This document shows, one piece after another, positions 24,860-38,774 of a DNA stretch of 64,000 nucleotides (positions within the stretch are counted from its first letter, which is position 1; the number at the start of each line of letters is the position of its first letter). Position numbers and translations under genes: made by a program. The notes beneath the pieces were generated by a model. The model was not told the DNA's origin. It was given only the letters and a program-made list of their open reading frames with translations, and did not search any database. Source of the DNA: Enoplolaimus lenunculus (lineage: Eukaryota); contig JASANG010003930.1 in NCBI GenBank assembly GCA_030248215.1, positions 496,001 through 560,000 on the forward strand, read 5' to 3'.

Positions 24860-25420
24860 AAATTTGTATTTTATGTATTTTTTGAAAGGTTTAAATAGAA
24901 AATTTTAATTTTTTTTTAATTTTACCCAAAATTATAATATATAAAATATCAAATTATTTTATATTAAATAAAAAAAAACAAAAACGAAAGAGTGAAAAAG
25001 TAGATGAGAGAAAGAATTTGTAAAAAAATGTTTATAAATTAATTAGATTAAATAAAGATATAAAAAAAAATAAAAATTAACTATATTTAGAATAATTTTA
25101 TATGATAAGACTTTGAGTTTATAGAATTATATTAATTTATATTAACAAATATCAGTACAATATTATAAGATTGTTTCCTTTCAGTAATTTTGAGACAATA
25201 ATCAGCGTCAGGTTTCCCATTTTACAATTAAATCAAGATAAATTAAAACAAGATTACAATGCTTAACACCTTTCCTTATTAACAAATATAAATTCAAAAT
25301 ACACTATTCGTATATATTATACCCAGTAAATAAAATAAACAACAGATTATCATAAGTTAACAAATATATTAAATAATTAAGCTTATGCTTTACACTCTAG
25401 CAATGTAGTTTTGTAATTTC
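24860..25420. other. Extremely AT-rich, A-skewed island; possible mitochondrial insertion (NUMT)
   Basis: Abrupt composition shift, with weak resemblance to mt rrnL motifs and a TTTACAC tRNA-Val-like loop near 25389. Confidence 0.25.
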
Positions 25421-27692
25421 GAGTTCTCTGTATTCAACAATTCAATCAGAACTACCGTCTGACTATGATGATGGTCTTCCAGTTGAAAAGGTTAACTTGG
25501 GTCTAAGTGTTATAAGGGAAGAGATAGTGGGATAAATCCACACACACGAAATGTCTGGAGAGACAAGAAATGTAAAACTTTTAACAATGTTTGGAATAAT
25601 CAGTTTAGACTCAAGAGCTCAAAAAAACTTTTATGTATACGTCAGGTTTTGTCCGCACGAAATGAAATCGTGGCTGCGCCTCTGGTGGCTGCACAAAGTT
25701 GCTAATGCGCTCAACTGTAAATGTAAGTATCACGGCAATTTGTCAATATTATAGAACACTTGATCAGAACATCGAAAAACACCTGCATTTTCTGTTGCGG
25801 AAATTATATCCGTGCCAGGGGCGTAGCCACGATTTAGATTTCGGAAGTGTATATATAGAGAGTGCGGCTAAATTTTCAACCTCTTGAATCTAACCGGCTA
25901 TTCTAAATCCTGTAACATGCGTTTTCGCCTCGTTTCTCGAGAAACTTGGGGAGTAACATATTTACCCGGTTCCATTTCCTACCAATACGCTTCCGATATT
26001 TGTTGACACAAAAAAGATAATTACATATGTTTGTTATATATAATGTAAACTACATGCAAGTGTATGCAATTGCAAATTGTAACCATTATGAAACGCTCAT
26101 GATATATAATTATTTTGGCATCTGTTTGTACAAAATAGTGTAACTTTCAAAGTTTAGTTTTTCACTCGCGTGTGGGTCCAGAATCAGGTTAAGCAGCAAT
26201 CACCAAGATGAACATTGGCAGCTAGAAAAACTAAAATTTTCCTATGTATCAGGGGCGTTAGCCATTTGGCGCAAAAATGCATGGGGTATATGTCGTGTTC
26301 CATAGTCCTATTTGCTCCACACAGCAACTGGGACGTTTCAACGCAAATTGCGGTTCAGATCGGCCCGAACAACTACTAGAATGCAAACCGATCGATTTTG
26401 ATTGGAGGTTTGGACAGGCGAAATAATTACTGGAATACAAACTGATTTTGATTGGACGTGTGGACGGCTCGAAACAACTACATGAATGAAAAGTGATTTC
26501 TACATTTTGTTATTCTTTGTTTAACATTGTTTCTTATCCTAAATGGAAACTAATACCTTTAACACAATTGCAAACTATATAAGCCACACTGCGCGTCTGT
26601 TGGCAAATATATACATGTCACTCATATTAACGGTTTGCCCGCCGCGACGACAAACTTCTATTTTAAAATCCTAAATAATGAAACACGACATCTTCGCTGT
26701 CTGTCAAAATTGAGTTGTTTTTCCATTTTCACCAAACTTTCAGACCAATAAAAAAGCTGAATTCAATAAACAGGTCGCGTTGTGCGTCGTGTTTGTGTCA
26801 CGTCAGCAAAGAAAACATAATATATAAACCATAATACTATGGCTGTTTTTTGTCTAGCCAGGCTCTGTCTTGTAGACGAAAAAAATATTATTGTCTCGAC
26901 GGTATATAATGCCCTGCCGTCGTCTAATGAGTTTATTGCAGCGCAGACACAACTACGCAATACTAAAAACGCAGATGTGTATTAAGAGTACTTAAATTTC
27001 ATTTTAAAAACGGGACCATATAGTTACTGGACATAGGGTGGTTTCGGTCTGCCAAAAATCATTTTTCTACATACCTTTCCAATAGCTGTTTATGGTTAGT
27101 GCGAGCTAACGCACTTTACTGTGGTGACCCGAATAAGAGGGGTAATACGAATGGGCCCCCCATTTTGACTCTCAATCTATAAGAGTTCGTATTCCTAATT
27201 ATAGTCCGTTAGTGTATAGACTCCATAAGTCCTAATTATCCCAAGCAGAAGAATGACATGTCTGCTTAAATATGTAAGAGACAATCGAACAACCCGCATA
27301 ACGTTTTATTAAATTCAGAAAAAAGTTTATGTGCATGGCAATCGACACAGATGCTTCGAACCAAGTTAGTTCTGCGCAAAAGAATGCATAAAAAGAAGGG
27401 CGTTGGGTTCAAGTAATATGCGTAAATTAAAAACAGAAAACAGTCCGTAACCGAATAACAGGGGAACACTCTCAGGAGGTCTTTTCCATTATCGCTCCCA
27501 AGCCCGCGTTTGCACAAAATGGTTCGATTATGAAAGTTTTTGCATATTTGAGTTTCGCATGACCTCCCCTGATCATTCCACGCCCAAATTTGAATTTTTA
27601 AAAAATTCGAGTTTTTGAGGTCTCGAGTTTCCCCCTTCGGGCCCAAAAAAAATTTGTCAGAAACTCTGACAAATTATCTCATTCGATGCAGG

Positions 27693-28139
27693 CAAGGGTG
27701 GTTATAAGAAGGGGAGCGATGGGGCGCCCCCTTTGGTACGACTCGACGAAACTTTTTGCCTAACTTGTAAGTTTCTGTCGGTGTTCTGAAAAAATGTTAA
27801 GAAATTTGCTCATAGCGCACATTAACTAAGCACTCTTTATGGTTGAATTTTCAGCGTTAATCAATTAATTTTCAAAGCAACTCTGGTTTATAGTATGTCT
27901 AAGTTTTTAACAAAAAAATTTTGGTGACACGGGGGGCCTTGAGGCCTTAAAAATCATACTTTTCAAAAGTTTAAATTTTGGCATGGAATGACCATAGCAT
28001 GTCATGGGAAGCTCAAATATGAAAAAACTTTAAAAATCCAACCATTTTTGGGCAGACGCTGGCATTGAGGATAACAGAAAAGACCCAAAAAATGGGGCAT
28101 GCGCCCCCCTTAAGTAGGTTCTTCATATCACCGCCCCTG
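27693..28139. mobile_element. hAT-type MITE nested in an older repeat
   Basis: Imperfect TIR CAAGGGTGGTTAT / ATATCACCGCCCCTG and perfect 8-bp TSD GATGCAGG. Confidence 0.75.
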
Positions 28140-31100
28140 GATGCAGGTGCGGAAACGAGTCCAACGGTATTAAATGTTTGCAATCAGACGTCTGGTTAAC
28201 GAATACGGGCAAATAACCTGACTTGCCGATAAACAGGTATGCTGGAAAGTCGTCCAAAATACCCATGTGGGGCGTTCCAGCGTTTATTGTATAGATATAC
28301 ATTTACTTATAGATAGGACTTTAAATTATTTAAGTGTTTTTGTTAATTAAATAATTTTAAAGTAATCAAACCTACTCTAATTAAGCTAATTAAAATTCAT
28401 ACTCTAATTAGCATTTTTGAACTTTAAACATTAGTGACGCCGATTTCTAATATTCCGATTGATTCACATTCAAAATATAGACCCTTTTGCTGCTATTACC
28501 CCTGTTTTTATTCGAGTCACTACAGTAGTTGTCTTTGTAAGATATATACATGTAACTTTAAGCAACCTGATCCGTTTGTAGCACAAATTTTGCTCACCCT
28601 TAGGTTTAAGGCCAATATTCTGAAATGCGTGTACAACCTATCATCAGTTAGCGATAGGTTTCCAAACTGACGAACGTCTGCAATTGCAGATTTGACAATT
28701 GGTGCAGAAATATTGCAAATCAAACGCAAGCAATGTGTTAAATTTCGAACCTCACCGAGGGTATGTTCAAAAGTTATAGGACCTATCACCAACTGGTGAT
28801 AAGTGCTCTATACATTTGAGAATACGGGCTTAGGTTTTAACTTCACATCTGGTTGTTTAAAATTATCGGGATCAGCTAAAGTTATGGCAATAATCAACAT
28901 GTGTTACAGAAAATTTTCAAAATTTAATAAACGATACAAAAAGGCAAAGGATGAAAACGGGATACATATCAAGCTTTATCAACTTCCTGACAAAACCATA
29001 AACTTCATTATTTCATTCAAACGTTTGAACTGGTATTTTGTAATGCTTAAAACTCGACACGTAATTAGAATATCAGCATAACATAATATTAAAGCGCACA
29101 TGAGTGATTTTCAAGTTGGGTGATTCGCGAATTTGACATGTTCGAAACCTAAATCAGAACGAAAGATAAAAATAAAAATGTGAACAGCTATATTAAATAC
29201 AGGCGTAGCCAGGCCAGTAGCCAACTCACCTTGCTGGGGGGTGAGCTAGAAAATTTTCAGGAAAGGCATACAAGAGTTTTAAATAACTTACAAACGAGAT
29301 TGGAATCTTTCTTGGGGGGCAAAATTATTCCAGGCGGCGCTGAACCCCTCCCCCCTTGACTTTGGGCCCGGGCGTAGCCAAGCATGTAACAAGAAATTAG
29401 GAGTCCACATCGTGAGCTTGTCTAACCGTTTTAAAGATTTTTAGTTAAAACACAAAAAACTCTTCCCTTCGAAATTTTTGCGGAATGTAAACCCTTTTCA
29501 TAATTCTGGCCACGACTCTCAATGGCGCCGCAACGGAACGGAAGGTGCACGGAGACAGGCCAATCCTACTTCTGTTTTTAGATCAGCTGCTGCGCCGCTG
29601 ATGCCACTGGCCTGTTGTGAACCCAAAAAGTTACATTACACAAAACGTTTAGCCTCAAAAATTGGCTGTCTGGTTTTACAGGTAATCTCCGCGAAACACA
29701 GAGCGTCGTACTGAACGACAATAATGTTAAAACTTTAAGTTTTACCAGACATTAAAAAACACACTGTACTCTTTTGAGATGTATACGTAAATATTTGGCC
29801 AGACAGAAAAATAACATTGCAAGCCAGACAGACACATTATGTTATTTTAATGCCGTTTTGTTACTTTCAAGCAGTGTTTTGAACAACTGAACACATTATA
29901 TACACATATATTGTACATATATACATATACATATTGTACATATATATTGTACATATAAACATATATGATGATGTTTGCTGACGACATTGTTGCAACAGTG
30001 AGAATTGTTTTTGTCTGAAAACGTGCTTTCGCAGGACCGCAATTACGGGGAGCACCAACTGCCAACGGACAATGACGACGTAGGCAGCGTGTAAAAAGAA
30101 AAATTAGCACTTTGTATTTATAAATAACTTTAACAAACAGATTTAGGGAATTCCTATCTGGAGGTATTTTTCACTTATAAAATAAGTAGATTGAATTTTT
30201 TGAGTATACATACCATTTGATGCGCAACTTAGTAAATATTACTAGAACGTCCTTGCGAGTTATTCGTGTTACGTCAATTCTGGCGCACGCACTCTATAGA
30301 CTCTTGTACACAGTACAGTGCTTAGTATGCGAGTTCTCTCCCGTGTGTCGGTTCACTTCCAACCCTGTACCAGCGCCAGACACTAAAGCAAAATTTCCAG
30401 CAATGTTTGCGTTTTGCGTTGTCAGCCTGAAATTGGCGCCTGCCTATCCACCTGGTTGTACCTGTGATTAACACCGCACTCCAACTTGACTATCCTATAC
30501 CCTTTATCCTATACGTATGCATACCGTTTTATAACCCTTGTCCTAGCATGAACCAATGGCGTAGCCAGCGGGTGGGCTCTAGGAGCAAGGGATTTCAGTT
30601 ATTTTTCAGTCAGTAAACACAACAACCGATTTTGAAGTTCGTACTGACACCCTCCCTTCGCAAAATTCTGGCTATACCAATGGCTAGAGAATGTTTACAA
30701 ATAACGACTACACCGTTATTGTTTTAGCCTTGTATACTAGAAAAAAAGAGACTACACAGACGTTTAAAAACGTCTCGTCTTATAAAAATATTAATCGGGT
30801 TATTAATATTATTGTGCGTTATCTGTGTGTGTGTGTAGTGTTCTGCGACTGCATGGTGCGACTGCACAAATCGCAGCATATTCATTATGCGTAACTTAAC
30901 AGATGCAATATTTTGAGTGGTTTTTTGTGCAAGACAGTTTAAAAATTGTTAAAAACATAAACTACAAGATTACAAGACACCGGAGTCCAGTATGGAAGCC
31001 AGGGGGGGGGGTACGGCCCCAATCTATGTTTGTCTTGTCAAATAGAGTTGTATTGGATTGAATCATCTTTATTAACAATTTACTAACTCTATATTCTGGT

Positions 31101-34100
31101 AGCTATTAAGCTGTTGGTCGTGTTTTCTGTGCCGACTTTTGTGACAGATCCAAATTTTGATGTCACGGATGCCGCAGCAAGTCATTGGATTGGCAACAGT
31201 GTAGTATACATGAAAGAGAACAGATACTGTATCACCCTGCCGAAATTTCCGGAAAAACAAGAAAACAACCGTTTAATTTAAAACGAACTTTCTTTGAGGT
31301 CAACATTTTCGTGTCTGAAATTATGCGTGCCCTCCGAAAATGATATCCTCGATCCACACCCCTGTGTATTGGTAGTAGTATTTGTTTTTATTGGTGTTGG
31401 TAATGTTGCTGCTTGAGCGATGCGTTAATTTATACGCACGCAATGGGCTGGCTGCACCCATTATATTGATAATTATACGACGGACATTCGTCTGCGGCTA
31501 AACCATTAAAAAAATCTATTGTGTGGTCGGAGACTGTGTGTAAAGTTACCAAAAATGTTGCAATTATTTTTTTGCGCGACTACTTTTTCACATACGCGCA
31601 CACGCGTTTATATATATAATTCTGCCAGTTATGAGAGAAATGTATATATGTTTCAGTTATCGGGGCTGTGTGCAATTTAATTTGTGATGCCTATCTTGTC
31701 TGCAGAAAGAACTTTAAACAAGTCTTTACTAGTAACTCAGCTTAAATTGGTTGAAGCTTTTTGACCAACAATGCACACCGAAAAAGACACATTCGCTATT
31801 TCTCTAGCTATTCTATATGCGTATATACCTCGTGGAGCCCAAACTAGAGCTGTAGACAGGTATGTTTCCAATGCACAACTTTCGTCGTTATACTTAAATG
31901 AGTTCCGTCGGCCCATGCTACTTATTGAAGCCTGTCGACTGGTAATCAAGGAGACAGAGACACATAGAAACTGCAATGTTTAGACTTATATTTAGAGTTA
32001 CGTCTAATTTTGGGCTTAGGTTTACGCTTAGTCTTGTGGCAGTCCCTTTATATAGTTACTATATTCCTCTTTGATTCTAAATCATACCTTGACCAAATAT
32101 AGCCGTGAAAACACCATTATAAAACGAACGCATGAAAACTGTGCGAAGAGTCACCTCTATAAAAACTGCACTTATATTGAAATTTAAAAACAACAACTGA
32201 CAATCCAAATGAAATAAATCAAAAAACGCAGACAAATTAAAGCAAATATCACCTGGATAATAATTCTTGAGCACGCCGTTTTAGATAACTTAAAATTTTA
32301 CTCAGTTCATCAAAAATCACAATACACGAGTCAAAAATGTGAAACATTCTTGTCAGAATTCGCCGAAAATACTTTATTTTTCACTATCAATACGGCTGTC
32401 TGGCTTCGTAGACATCGCGTTGTATTATAAACTATATATACACTATGTGTACAATTTTGTTAATCAAAAATACCCATCGCTTTAAGTATATTGTGTGCCT
32501 GCAGTTCCGCCAGAATAAAAAAATATTCTCTCGAGCATTCAGCCGCTACAGTGCAACAAAACGGTTCATTTATTATGTCTAGACAGACCTTACGAAAACA
32601 TACTCGTTAAATAACATAGCTAAGCCAGTATCTCTGTTTAGCTAGATTCATGTATTAAAAGCAACATTGTTCAAAAAGAATATTTTCCAGTCTTGTTGTT
32701 GTTGTTGTAGTTGCAGTAGTAGACGTTGTTATATTTTAGCTAGCTTCAGTACTCTCAGAAACCCAGCTAAAACGCAACATCAACAATGCATAAACCTAAT
32801 CGTACGTTGAGACTATATATATTCTTATAGCAACCGCAGCCGACGCCGTGGTGCAAAACCAATACTAATGTTGCAAATGTTGTCTGAGGTTGGCTGGTTT
32901 GGTCCTAAAACCCCCACAAGTCTGTGTGTGTCTTTTATTCAGCACGAAAAATAGTCTGCAAAAGTGTCTCGCTTTTTTTGAGCTCACGAACCGCCATATA
33001 CGGCATCGTGTGGTGTATATGTCTGCCTTTTATAGTATTGATAAGTACAACCAGTTATACAGAATCGTAACAGTGGGTGAAATGTTGAGATTGGGTTGGT
33101 GGTAAAGTAATTAATTTCGAGTAGGTATATATATACTTACGTGACATTTTTAGTCTGTGGCATTTTTCCGTTTTACTAATGTAGCCTGAATTGGCAACGA
33201 AATCTCAATAAAACTCATTTTCGGCATTTTCCTTGCGTGGAATGATAAGGACAAGTCATGAAATGATCAATTATGCAAAACTTTTCAAACGTCCAACCAT
33301 GTTTATCTAAACGTTGGCTGAGAATGTATCCGTAAAGATCGCACATTTTTTGCATTGTATTCGAATGAAATACACAGCAGACGTCACAATACCTACAGTG
33401 TTTCTCCGTATAGATTTACAGTCTAAAATCATCAAAATGACACGCGTTTTTTTCTGACTTTTGGTTCACTATTCGGTCAAAACAATAATATACGTCTGTA
33501 AGGGAACGCTCTCTGCTCATGCCGAGTAGTGTAAAACTTCAAATTTTAATCAAACTTTACGAAACATGCGTTACAAGTTCGGGCCCCATGTATTGTTGGG
33601 GAATGTAACAGTAGTATAGAGCTTATATGGTTCTAAGCCGAAGCCTAAATCTACGTTTAAACCACGTCAGCGTGTAAGAATAAGCTTATAACTAAGCAAA
33701 GCCTAAGCCAAAGCAAAAAACAGTCTAAAACTTTCGCTTTACTGCAGTCTTTTGCATCCTCGCCATGAATTATATATACATGGGTGAAAATTCGTAAGTT
33801 CCTGGCGTTTTCAACTTGCAATAGTTAGAACACAAAAAGTGACAAAAACTATCAAAGATAGCACCACCCGGTGTTCCTAGATCTGTATACGTTGTTTGTT
33901 GCGAACCCGCTGGCACCGAATTATATAACAATTCAACTGGTTCTTTGACACTTATACATTTAACGTGCTTAGGCTAAGCTTAGGGGATGTTTTCGGTTAT
34001 CCGCCCAAAGCCGGCGTTTGACCAAGAATGGTTGGATTTTTAAAAAATTTTTGTATATATGGGCTTCTCACGGCCTCCCCTGATCATTGCTTGTGCAAAT

Positions 34101-35290
34101 TTGAATTTTTGCATCTCTTGGTAGGGATAGTTATAGTCTTGATGCTTAGATTTAGGGTTAGCAACATGCTTATGCTACTGTTACGACCCGCAGTTAGGCA
34201 TAGGCAATTTATGGCAGAATGACTTTTCCACTATTGAGAACAACTATACAAGTGCAATAAAATTTAAGTAGGCATATCTATTCAATTATTTATTTCGTGT
34301 ATTCTAAAAAACCACATCACGATGTTAATAGTCACTAGATTCTCTACAAACGAAATTCTCGCCCGGTAAAGTCGAAGTTACCAAATATATACGAAAAGAC
34401 GTGGTGCAAAGTAGCCAACTAAAAGCTGACAAACTGTGATGGATTCAAAAAATTATAAACGGGAAAAACGTGAGATGTAATAACTGCAAAAAATTCGCAA
34501 ACGAAACGAGCGAAAAGCCGGACGCCATTTTTTAGCGGCTAAACTTTAATATATAATTTTGGTTTTGATCCCTGCTAGAGGCCCAACACGAGATACCGTC
34601 TTGGATCCGCCTGCGCTCACAAATGTCGTCCACCAACGAATTAGCTAAACATAAAGCCCAAAACGGAATTTCAATACAAAGCACTTGCCTGTTTGATCCT
34701 TTGATCTCCCTGTTGTTCATCATACAATGAAATGATGCGTTCCAGCTCAACGCATCATCAAACGCCCAACCAGTCACGTTTAACGAAATCTCTCTCTGGG
34801 TAACTTCTTTTATTCTTTTAATTCCAAAAGCAAAAAAAGCCGTTAAAAAATAAACCCAAGCTTAAAACGCAACGTTTGAAGTCAAGGCAACAGACTTTAA
34901 TGCTGATCATGAGCTAAAAGCTCCCGAACCAGACAAGGAGACAGACAGTCAGACAAATGCGCACATAACGGAGATACGTCTATAATGCATATATTTTTTC
35001 TCTGCAGCGAAGTTTTATCTATATGTGTGTATTGTGTTCGTTTATTTATATGACTTTATAAAATGTGTTTATTTTCTATCTCGAAAAAAATATTAATACT
35101 CGTACTTGAGTCGCTAAAAATGTTTACATGGAAGTCTGTATACCGTCACAGACACCCACACTACCTAATGAGCTGTTGTAGAGATACAAAATGTGTGTAT
35201 GTGTTTATTGTTGTTAACTGAATATGGATGGATACAGTACAAAACTGAGTAATGTTTTTATTGACTGCAAAATAAGCGATATGTTGCCAT

Positions 35291-35409
35291 CAGGGTTGTT
35301 GGCCGGAAAAAATTACCGGAAAAAAGGGGTTTTTTCCATTTTTTCTATTTTTTCCGGAAAAAATTCATTTTTTTTGCGGTCATAATTTTTTCCCGAAAAA
35401 TCAACCCTG
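35291..35409. mobile_element. Very short hAT-type MITE
   Basis: TIR CAGGGTTG...CAACCCTG and perfect 8-bp TSD GTTGCCAT. Confidence 0.8.
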
Positions 35410-36701
35410 GTTGCCATATCTAAAGCTAGAATTATGCGCATATTTTTAGTAATCAGGGGCGTTAATACCAGAAATTCAGTGAGGGAATAATATCGTGTAA
35501 ATAGGCGCGTAGTGATAGAACACTTTGCTAGGTTGTTTTCGTGATAAACATTATTGTTAAAATAGAAGTTGTACATTTAATCTCAGTGTTAAGGGTATGT
35601 TTCAAATCAGTTTTTAGTTCCATTATACATAAATACCATGCTTTTCAGAGCAGACACGACATTTTGCATTCGAAAAGGCAACTTTTTTGGAATCGAAATT
35701 GGGTTGTAACGCATAGATATATGATAGTCGCTAATGTGTTTGCACCGTTCAACGTTAATCTGTATTAAAAAAGTTGGTTTAACGAAAATCAGTCTATCAG
35801 TAGACACATGCAACATTTTTAAGACGAAATAAATCAGTCTACCCATATAGTTTACATATGTACGTAAATATATTCATATGTTATATTGAGACGCGGTTTT
35901 CCTAATTTAACAACGTCGTTTTAAACATTTAGAAGTTGTATATTCATTTTGACTTTGTTTATAAACTGTTGTACTGTCGCTGAAAACTTTTGGCAACATG
36001 TATGAAAATTTAACACGATCAAATATATACGCAATGCCAAGCATGCTGCAGTAGCCTGTCTACGTGTTTAAAAACTGTACACGTTGTTTTAAAATGCCCA
36101 TGAACTTTTGGCGTCAAATATTAAAAACATATACGACTCCGTTAATAATTTTCAACGGCTGCGCAGTCATTTTATTTCAATATTGGCAATTTTAAATTGT
36201 AAATTTGGGAAAGGTGGACGGACCGCAAATCAACTCTACACAACAGGGACGACGTGCGGCAGATACAGACACGTAGCCAGCTCACCGTGATAATATGGGC
36301 GGGCAAAAACTTTTTTTAGGATGGGCATATACCTGGTTGTTCAATGACTTACAAAACAAGGCTGAAAAGTTTCTAGGGGGTGGTCAAAATTTTTCCAGGG
36401 TGTATTTTCCCAAAAAACATGAGTCATATTTTCCGCACAAAATGAACCATTGCACCTGTGTTGAAACAATTGGAAGTATTTTGTGCTGTATTTAAGATCA
36501 ATTTTTACATATTAAAATGGAGGTTTTTTAAAATACTTAAAAAATATAGCCTTTCCGTTTTGAAGTCGAAATGAGTTAAGTCCAAAAAGCTCAAATTATA
36601 AACATATGGCCTCGTTCTTATACTGTCACTTATAGCAATATTGACGCCAGAAACTTAATAAACCAAGTCCCATGCTGAATAAATCGATCGCGTACCACCC
36701 A

Positions 36702-36950
36702 CACTGTAAATTCCAATCAGTTAATTAATTAACTCAGACGGAAAGTTATTTATTTCTGAGTTAATAACAGAACACAACTCACTTTGAGTTGACTTGATTC
36801 TCACCGTGAGTTGAGTTGACTCTGGATGAGTTGATTAATTAACTCAGAATGAATTGAATCAACTCAAAACTCTGCGTTCTGATAGACCTAACTCAGACTG
36901 AGTGATTCAACTCATTCTGAGCTAAAATCAACTCACTAAAATTTACAGTG
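36702..36950. mobile_element. CACTG-terminated (CMC/EnSpm-like) MITE
   Basis: TIR CACTGTAAATT...AATTTACAGTG, 2-bp CA duplication, internal AACTCA/TGAGTT subrepeats. Confidence 0.6.
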
Positions 36951-38774
36951 CAGTCCCAAACCAACCTGCTAAACCCGCTGCTCCATAAACGCTTCTGTGA
37001 CTTTCGTCGTCATTTTGCTGAAGGATTTGCTGCTTTGACTAGTAATTGAACCGATACAACGGTATCGGTGAAATCAAGATCTATATTGGCATTTTTGACA
37101 GCGTACTTACAGATGAATTAAGTGGAATTAATTATTGCATAATAGTTAGTATTGAAACCGGCTCAGGCAAAGTTCCGTGGGCCCGGGCGGAAATGTTGGT
37201 CCCGCGGGCTGGGCGCTCAAAATTTCGGCTCGTAAGCCAAAACAAATCGGAGCAGTCATTGCGTCACCCTTTTTTGTATCATGAGCCAATGAACCAGACC
37301 GTTGATTTGATTTTGTATTAAAGATTTAGATACGTGTTTTTGAATCTTAAATTCTTAGCAATCTTCATAGATTGTGCGGTCATGGACTAGCAGGGATTTT
37401 AGAATAAGAAGTTACGTTTTATAAACATTTCGAAGGGAGTGTCTTTATAGTTCTAAACTGAAACCAAGTCTAAAAAAGCTGTCCAAAAGTCTCAAGGCGG
37501 GTTGACACCAGAAATTGCCCTGGCTACACCCTTGGACTTCAGCTTTTGTACACTACATTACAGACAAGCTTAACATAATGTTTGTCTTAGCAACCCAGTC
37601 AACTCAAGTCAGAGGTCGAGTTTAAGTTGTGCCTCTGCAATCCAGAAATGATTTTTGTGCCTTCATCAAAGCGGTCAATGCTTAAGGTCTGGGTCGTTAA
37701 ACAGCAGTATATATTAGCCAAAATTTAATTCAATTCTGGGGAACGTATATACAAGAGCGACACTTCTGTGTAAAATTGCAGAAAATTAGTATATAATGCG
37801 CATGTAAGGAGGATCATACCTGTTTTTCGCTGAAAAGTATGCCCAGTTGCGTACTCATGTTGAAATCATGAACCGCTTTTAAGGCCTGTCTAAAACTTTC
37901 TATAACCGAATCAAACACAACCATTTGAACATTTGGTTTCGTTTTGTAGATTTGTGAACCAATGCACAGATTCATAAAGGGCATTGTATCTAACATATTA
38001 TGTATTGTAGGTATAGATACAATATATACTAAAACAATAACGTAACGGTTCGTTGCAGAAATATGATTTAAGTCAAGATTTTTTATATTTAAGTTTTTCA
38101 ATAGATAAATTTGTTTTCCCAAATTTATAAATCAATAGTTGGTGAATTCTGCCCTAATTTTGAGCTACCAGTGGAAATTTTGTAACTTAAAAATTAGGTG
38201 AGTTTTATGGTGAATCGAAGTTGAACTGTATAGCTTACAAATTTTTACTCAATCTCGCTAATTCACATCCTGATATTTACATTAATCGATAAGAAATTAA
38301 GTAACACAGAATACGAGAACAAAATAATACAGAAACAGAAAATACCAGTAAAGAAAATACAAGTGAAACAATACTTAGGCCAAAGCTAACTTAGAATTAG
38401 ACGAATACAAGAGTTGAGTCTATTTCAAGAAAATACGTTCCGAAAATTAACCACATTTTGTGACTGATCATGACTCAAACTGACTGAATATAAAAGAGAA
38501 AAAAGACACTTAAATAAACTGTGAAAAACCGGTTATTCTGGTTTTTAATATCTTTTAATTTTCTTCAGCGAATCTGGATAACTGGTTAATTTCCTCTTTA
38601 ATTCCTATTAATTAAGATTTTCCTCTTTCAGAGGAAAACTAGTTCTAGGAAGATCTTGATGTAGTCTAGAGAGCGGTTAGCAAATCCAGGAAAGCTAACG
38701 AAAGGGTCTGGGACAAAATGACATAACCAGACGGTTCTGACATACGATCTAAGAACATTCCATATCGACCGGCC

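Larger units (their letters stand above)
18383..35155. promoter_or_regulatory. Dispersed clusters of Smad-binding-element-like motifs (AGAC/GTCT; GTCTAGAC x5) upstream of the DM gene
   Basis: GTCTAGAC at 18486, 23312, 23618, 23803 and 32577. Manual count gives 10 half-sites in 18383-18525 and 16 in 20589-21160. Confidence 0.45.

Noticed and set aside
28434..29081. Cluster of 78-92 aa ORFs as a possible hidden gene
   Set aside because: No recognisable domain and no phase-consistent exon chain could be built.
34532..34777. GC-richer 81-aa ORF
   Set aside because: No recognisable motif or splice context; left unassigned.
36377..36385. TRA-1/GLI-like site GGGGTGGTC
   Set aside because: It is a single imperfect match inside a MITE copy; no convincing TRA-1 site was seen near the DM gene.
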